Of a stretch of 64,000 nt of DNA, positions 59,891-64,000 are shown in pieces (position 1 is the stretch's first letter; each line of letters starts with the position of its first letter). The notes under the pieces are model-generated. The model was not told the origin of the DNA. It did no database searches and saw only the letters and a list, made by a program, of their open reading frames with translations. This stretch comes from Escherichia coli. GTDB lineage: Bacteria > Pseudomonadota > Gammaproteobacteria > Enterobacterales > Enterobacteriaceae. Position numbers and translations under genes: made by a program. Where the stretch lies: the NCBI GenBank assembly GCA_902499925.1, contig GCA_902499925.1_4130.1. One strand, 5' to 3'.

Positions 59891-60147
59891 TGTTTATTCC
59901 ATTCTTTTTTGGCCTTGATGGTTTTATATTGGATTTGGTTTCTTAATGCTGATAAGTATCGTTGAATGAACAGATCTTGATAGTTTGTTCCAATGAATTT
60001 CATCAGATAAAGTTCACCGTTGATAACATCCACTTCAGGTGCACCATATAAGGCATTGTTTTTTCTAAGGGTATGGATTAAAGAGAATAGGGCAGTTTGA
60101 TACTCAACTCCTGATAAAGTCTTCATGTTTTGTGAGCCAATAATCAT
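59875..60147 (-). CDS. paralog family B member
   Basis: IGTNYQDLFIQRYL. Confidence 0.55.
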   Translation of the reverse strand: MIIGSQNMKTLSGVEYQTALFSLIHTLRKNNALYGAPEVDVINGELYLMKFIGTNYQDLFIQRYLSALRNQIQYKTIKAKKEWNKQCDTD

Positions 60148-60361
60148 CTAGTTTATCCTGTATAACATTCATTAATTGTTCGACATATTCTGTGCAAAAC
60201 TTATCTTGATATTGAGTCCCCATAAAGTACAACAACCATAGCTCATTAACTTTAGCTCGCATTTGGTTCCATGTAAGGCTGGGGTCATCGTAGACTATCC
60301 TTGCTATAGGGGTTAGTTTACGGACTATAGTTTCATATTCATCTAGTGTTAAGTGTTTCAT
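60104..60361 (-). CDS. paralog family B member
   Basis: MGTQYQDKFCTEYV. Confidence 0.55.
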   Translation of the reverse strand: MKHLTLDEYETIVRKLTPIARIVYDDPSLTWNQMRAKVNELWLLYFMGTQYQDKFCTEYVEQLMNVIQDKLDDYWLTKHEDFIRS

Positions 60362-60576
60362 TTACATTTGTCCCTTATTAGATCAGTGAGGGCAACTATG
60401 TGTGCAACAACATACTCTTCCTGAAAGTTCGTCCCCAGTACAGCCATCATGCGTATATCGGTGGTGTTTATCCTGTGTTCCCTTACACATAAACCTTCTG
60501 TGTGAGGAAGTGTAAAATATTTGTTTATTGCAGCAACGATAATTTTATTCTTCTCGGAGTTACTTAAATGTTTCAT
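60358..60576 (-). CDS. paralog family B member
   Basis: LGTNFQEEYVVAHI. Confidence 0.55.
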   Translation of the reverse strand: MKHLSNSEKNKIIVAAINKYFTLPHTEGLCVREHRINTTDIRMMAVLGTNFQEEYVVAHIVALTDLIRDKCK

Positions 60577-60785
60577 AGTTTGCTCTTAATGTATTTCTGG
60601 AGTGCAATTATATACTCATTCAAGAAATGCTCCTGATAGTCTGTGCCGAGGAATGCACCCAATAGTATATCATTTTCCAATACTAATGCTAAGTTTAAAT
60701 CATCAGTCTCTTCATATACTATGAGAATTTCAAGTTGTCTGGCAGCGACGCGTTCGGTATATAGATTTGAGTTAATGCTATTCAT
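60573..60785 (-). CDS. paralog family B member
   Basis: LGTDYQEHFLNEYIIALQKYIKSKL. Confidence 0.55.
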   Translation of the reverse strand: MNSINSNLYTERVAARQLEILIVYEETDDLNLALVLENDILLGAFLGTDYQEHFLNEYIIALQKYIKSKL

Positions 60786-60994
60786 AGTTTACTCTTAATG
60801 TAATTCTGGAGTGCAATTAAGTATTCCCCTACATAATACACCTGAAAGTCTGTATCCAAAAATGCACCCATAAGTAAATCTTTTTCTAATACCCTTGATA
60901 AGTTAAGGTCTGCATTTGAAAGGTATATAAGTAAGATTTCACCCTGTGCGGAATTGAAACGTTTCTTATATTCTTCTGGTGTTAAAAAAATCAT
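60782..60994 (-). CDS. paralog family B member
   Basis: LDTDFQVYYVGEYLIALQNYIKSKL; twin of 60573..60785. Confidence 0.55.
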   Translation of the reverse strand: MIFLTPEEYKKRFNSAQGEILLIYLSNADLNLSRVLEKDLLMGAFLDTDFQVYYVGEYLIALQNYIKSKL

Positions 60995-61200
60995 AGTTTC
61001 CTCTTAATATCTTCTATTAAAAATCGAATCCAATCGTCAACATACTCTTCCTGATGGTTTGTGTTCAGTACAGCCAACATGCGGATCTCTGCTCTTGCAA
61101 CTTCAATTGCAGTTTTAGGAAGGTCTTTTCTGATATCCAACATTAAGTCCATGTATCTCAAGATAAGACCGTATGATTGGGTTCGTGTTATAGTTTTCAT
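60991..61200 (-). CDS. paralog family B member
   Basis: LNTNHQEEYVDDWI. Confidence 0.5.
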   Translation of the reverse strand: MKTITRTQSYGLILRYMDLMLDIRKDLPKTAIEVARAEIRMLAVLNTNHQEEYVDDWIRFLIEDIKRKL

Positions 61201-61397
61201 TGTTTCCTCGTGGATAATATTTCATTTTTCAATGCATCCATATATTGAATCACCCATCTTCCCTGATAGCTTGTTCCCAATGTAATCAAAAGGTATAACT
61301 CAATTCGTTCTAAGTTTGTGTCTGTGTTATAAATCTTTACCATGTTTTTACGTAACAGTTCTTGATAATCTTCTTTATTTAAAATACGCATTTTCAT
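61197..61397 (-). CDS. paralog family B member
   Basis: LGTSYQGRWVIQYM. Confidence 0.5.
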   Translation of the reverse strand: MKMRILNKEDYQELLRKNMVKIYNTDTNLERIELYLLITLGTSYQGRWVIQYMDALKNEILSTRKQ

Positions 61398-61591
61398 AGT
61401 CTACCTTTTATGTCCCTTCGTAATTCTTGTAAGTATAGTTCGATATACTTTTCTTGATAGTTAGTTCCTATGAAAAGTTTCATAACCAATTCACGCTTAT
61501 ATGCAATACCACGGATATGTGACATATGTAGGATATATGCCATGTTGGATATGAGTGTGTGGTTGTGCTCTTCTTGAGTTAAAATACGCAT
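61394..61591 (-). CDS. paralog family B member (first gene of the tandem array in transcription order)
   Basis: IGTNYQEKYIELYL; track ORF 61394..61621 trimmed to internal Met (MRILTQ) preceded by GGAG. Confidence 0.55.
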   Translation of the reverse strand: MRILTQEEHNHTLISNMAYILHMSHIRGIAYKRELVMKLFIGTNYQEKYIELYLQELRRDIKGRL

Positions 61592-61619
61592 AGGGACTCC
61601 ATTAAAAATAATATCAATC

Positions 61620-61650
61620 ATATAATATACAATTCATATAAAAAGTCAAT
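61620..61650 (-). promoter_or_regulatory. sigma70-like promoter candidate upstream of family B array
   Basis: Minus-sense TTGACT-~16nt-TATTAT/ATATTA with TG upstream; approximate. Confidence 0.4.
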
Positions 61651-61840
61651 AACATTTTATTAGTAATACCCCTTTATCGAAGTCGCTAAGGTTACCCGCC
61701 CTTTAGCCCCCTACGCATTTTGCCATAGTCCAATCCCTTTTTATTCATAAAAGTCAAGGGATTACCTATGCATTTTTTTAACGCTGAAATTTAAAAATGC
61801 CTTGACTTTTTTATGATTCAGTACTAAATCCTTTTACGCA

Positions 61841-62050
61841 TTAATCCTTCGTTACGCTTACGATTATCTGTGTATCCCCATAGTCCTGCCATACTTCCAC
61901 GCCAGCCGCCGCCCTGGTTAGTCGTGCTGTCATCTGCTTAATGGTCTTAGGCTTTAGTGGAACCTGTTGCAGTACTGTACGCATAGCACTATCGACGTTA
62001 TCATGTACGCCTGCAATAGTGCCTAGAACGTTGTATACTGTATAGATCAT
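61841..62050 (-). CDS. hypothetical protein
   Basis: 69-aa ORF in GC-richer early-type block. Confidence 0.45.
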   Translation of the reverse strand: MIYTVYNVLGTIAGVHDNVDSAMRTVLQQVPLKPKTIKQMTARLTRAAAGVEVWQDYGDTQIIVSVTKD

Positions 62051-62118
62051 GTGTATGTACTCCTGATATAGTTAAGGCCGCTAGAGAGCGGCCTATGATG
62101 TTTGATGATGTGTAACGC

Positions 62119-62520
62119 TTACAACCCTAAGATAGTACGTGCTTCGTTGCGTTCCGTCCACAACTGCATGATGTGAGCAAGTAAGTCCTTGCTAATGTAT
62201 CCGGTGTTCATAGCTTCACGGATAGATACATCATAAGCACCGAAGCCAGTGCGAACGATACGCACATCATTCAGGTTAGTGTTATAGATACCGCCGAGAT
62301 CAACGGCTTCGAATACTGCATCAACAGAATATTCATTGTTGCCATCGTTGAAGTTTTCCAGTGCAATAGTATTGGATACCGCCCAACGTTTGCAGTTTCC
62401 AATGATGCGGCACTGTTCCGGTTGGATAGTGCCATTACTTACAGCGTACTCCAGTGCATCTTTACCAAAAGTCCGAGCCAGTACTAAAACGTCAGCGAAG
62501 GAAGTGATTGAGAAGGTCAT
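62119..62520 (-). CDS. hypothetical protein
   Basis: Track ORF 62119..62583 trimmed to Met (MTFSIT) that has AAGGAG RBS 8 nt upstream; the upstream codons overlap promoter/leader. Confidence 0.55.
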   Translation of the reverse strand: MTFSITSFADVLVLARTFGKDALEYAVSNGTIQPEQCRIIGNCKRWAVSNTIALENFNDGNNEYSVDAVFEAVDLGGIYNTNLNDVRIVRTGFGAYDVSIREAMNTGYISKDLLAHIMQLWTERNEARTILGL

Positions 62521-62537
62521 GATAAAACTCCTTAATT

Positions 62538-62602
62538 TAGGAGGGAGAACCATTTCCCCCTCTCTATGTAAAACATTATACATGAATCTAAGTACTATGC
62601 AA
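62538..62602 (-). promoter_or_regulatory. sigma70-like promoter plus conserved leader hairpin (copy 1)
   Basis: Minus-sense TTGCAT-16nt-TGTATAAT then leader GAGGGGGA-aauggu-UCUCCCUC hairpin before RBS. Confidence 0.6.
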
Positions 62603-62609
62603 GTACTTT

Positions 62610-62942
62610 TTACATTTTGATACCTGGATTCAGGTAGCGGTGAGATCCATATTCTGGATCGGTTTCGGCCCAGTACTGTAAATCTATAGTACCTTTAGCG
62701 TTAATCTTGTCTACCAGCTTATTCATCTTAGCGTATACTACATCAGCATCGATGCGTTTAAAGCCAGTGGCTTTAGTGAAGTAGTAGTGATTTGCTTCAC
62801 TATCATTAAGGATGTACCGAGCACCGTTTGCCGTTTGTGCAATAATGATTGAGTATTCTACGTTACGGTCGAGGCCGTCAATGAATACAGAGGAAACATT
62901 AGTACGGATGAAAGCTTTAACGATAGCGATTGAAGTAGTCAT
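62610..62942 (-). CDS. hypothetical protein
   Basis: 110-aa ORF; AGGAG RBS. Confidence 0.5.
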   Translation of the reverse strand: MTTSIAIVKAFIRTNVSSVFIDGLDRNVEYSIIIAQTANGARYILNDSEANHYYFTKATGFKRIDADVVYAKMNKLVDKINAKGTIDLQYWAETDPEYGSHRYLNPGIKM

Positions 62943-62996
62943 TTTGAATCTCCTAACTTTGTGGGCCGTCGCACCGTTGCCGCCCTACGAGATACA

Positions 62997-63025
62997 TTAT
63001 CGCAGTACTGATATACTTTGTCAAT
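62997..63025 (-). promoter_or_regulatory. sigma70-like promoter candidate
   Basis: Minus-sense TTGACA-17nt-GATAAT upstream of 62610..62942. Confidence 0.5.
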
Positions 63026-63147
63026 ACTTTTTTATTAATAGTTTCCACTCCACCAGCAGATAGTTACTCACCGTTATTAACTATATATTTTGGGTACACC
63101 TATGCACCCTGTGGGCTAGTTTTTGTCTATGCGTATATAATAGCAAA

Positions 63148-63177
63148 GGGACTGACCGGAGTCAATCCCTTTTTTTA
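63148..63177. terminator. terminator-like hairpin (strand ambiguous)
   Basis: GGGACUGAC-cgga-GUCAAUCCC; T7 run follows on plus strand, weaker U-tract on minus strand downstream of 63188..63388. Confidence 0.45.
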
Positions 63178-63187
63178 TTCTTTTTTG

Positions 63188-63388
63188 TTAGATGATTCTC
63201 CAATCATCAACGATCATGGTAAGATACCGAACCAGTGATCCGAGTGATTCGTGTTCTCGATAGTCTGCCGCTCCACCAGCGGTACAAGTACAGCCGATTA
63301 AGCCGTTTTGTAGTTCCTGGATCTTTACGTCGATCTGGTTGGCTTTAGCTTCTTTCAGTACTTCAACCAGGGCGATAGCGATAGACAT
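63188..63388 (-). CDS. hypothetical small protein
   Basis: 66-aa ORF with GGAG RBS, immediately downstream of consensus promoter. Confidence 0.5.
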   Translation of the reverse strand: MSIAIALVEVLKEAKANQIDVKIQELQNGLIGCTCTAGGAADYREHESLGSLVRYLTMIVDDWRII

Positions 63389-63410
63389 AATGTTTTACTC
63401 CAAACTATTG

Positions 63411-63471
63411 GCGGGAGAACTATTCCCCCGCTCTATGTAAAACATTATACATTACTGGTTAGTACTGTCAA
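63411..63471 (-). promoter_or_regulatory. sigma70-like promoter plus conserved leader hairpin (copy 2)
   Basis: Minus-sense TTGACA-16nt-TGTATAAT (perfect consensus) then leader GCGGGGGA-auagu-UCUCCCGC hairpin. Confidence 0.65.
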
Positions 63472-63478
63472 ATAGTTT

Positions 63479-63736
63479 TTATGAAATATCTTCGATGTAG
63501 TCGGCCCATTTCATTTTTTCAGTACTGTCAATGGCGACCGGATTATTTGGATCAAACCATTCACCATCACCGCAATACATACCCACGGCTACGGTTTTAT
63601 AGCCATCCTGGGCCGCACTCCACGACATTGCACGATAGATATGGCCTTTAACTGGTTGCAGTACTGGTAACGTTTTATGGTCTTCTACGTAGGCCATAGC
63701 TTGAGGATTTACCCGATATTGTGTGAACTGATCCAT
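63479..63736 (-). CDS. hypothetical protein
   Basis: 85-aa ORF. Confidence 0.5.
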   Translation of the reverse strand: MDQFTQYRVNPQAMAYVEDHKTLPVLQPVKGHIYRAMSWSAAQDGYKTVAVGMYCGDGEWFDPNNPVAIDSTEKMKWADYIEDIS

Positions 63737-63818
63737 TATGTTTCCCCTTGTAGTTAGTAAAGTTATTACATCAGTACTATCAAGCTATGTCAATAGTACT
63801 GAAATAAAACTTTTAGAT

Positions 63819-64000
63819 TAGATTATTGAGGCCGTCAATGGTAGACTCACTTTCTTCTTTCTCCCATTGTCGGTAGTACTTCCATGCTTCATGATAGGTG
63901 GCGATTAGTTCATCTTTTTGATCCTGGTTACATGCCAGTACTGAATCACGGTGAGCGGTGTTATAGATAGAATCGAATGATTTCTTCTCTTCTGCCAGGT
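63819..64000 (-). CDS. hypothetical protein, C-terminal part only (gene starts beyond right edge)
   Basis: Open minus frame entering from right edge and ending ...IDGLNNLI near 63819. Confidence 0.4.

Noticed and set aside
55870-61621. CRISPR array suggested by regularly spaced direct repeats
   Set aside because: Repeats are ~20 nt and imperfect, spaced ~220-250 bp, and lie inside overlapping ORFs where they encode the conserved LGTNYQ peptide; no cas genes.
1736-62620. All plus-strand ORFs in the six-frame track (for example 1800..2012, 5324..5734, 9347..9676, 11879..12232, 17561..17956, 33925..34200, 62336..62620)
   Set aside because: Each lies inside or antisense to a better-supported minus-strand gene, lacks conserved motifs or RBS, and has low-complexity composition typical of antisense reading of AT-rich coding DNA.

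Overview
AT-rich (roughly one-third GC by eye) dsDNA phage window with a T4-like enzyme core and essentially every credible gene on the minus strand. Recognisable genes: a ClpP-like serine protease, a DNA ligase resembling T4 gp30, a polynucleotide kinase/3'-phosphatase resembling T4 PseT and an RNA ligase resembling T4 Rnl1 (same relative order as T4 30-pseT-63), two metallophosphoesterases, a PPAT/NMNAT-like nucleotidyltransferase and a phage-type Dam methyltransferase. The most striking content is two very large tandem arrays of small paralogous genes. Family A (about 27.3-55.9 kb, at least 43 clear members of 100-210 aa) shares an [ED]-E-x-[FY]-F-Q-x-[ST]-[LTV]-[VIL] core followed by a helical tail. 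Family B (55.9-61.6 kb, 26 tandem members plus 4 dispersed, about 70-85 aa) shares an LGTNYQE core. Smaller paralog sets occur at 18.8-20.3 kb and scattered through 7.4-15 kb. The right end (61.8-64 kb) has early-type genes with consensus sigma70-like promoters and a repeated leader hairpin showing a compensatory base change. Independently, the palindromic hexamer AGTACT (GTAC core) looks many-fold over-represented across the whole window. No tRNA, rRNA or CRISPR array was identified. Coordinates for hand-placed promoters, hairpins and the gene fragment are approximate (about +/-2 nt); CDS coordinates follow the supplied ORF track, and any refined start is flagged in its evidence.
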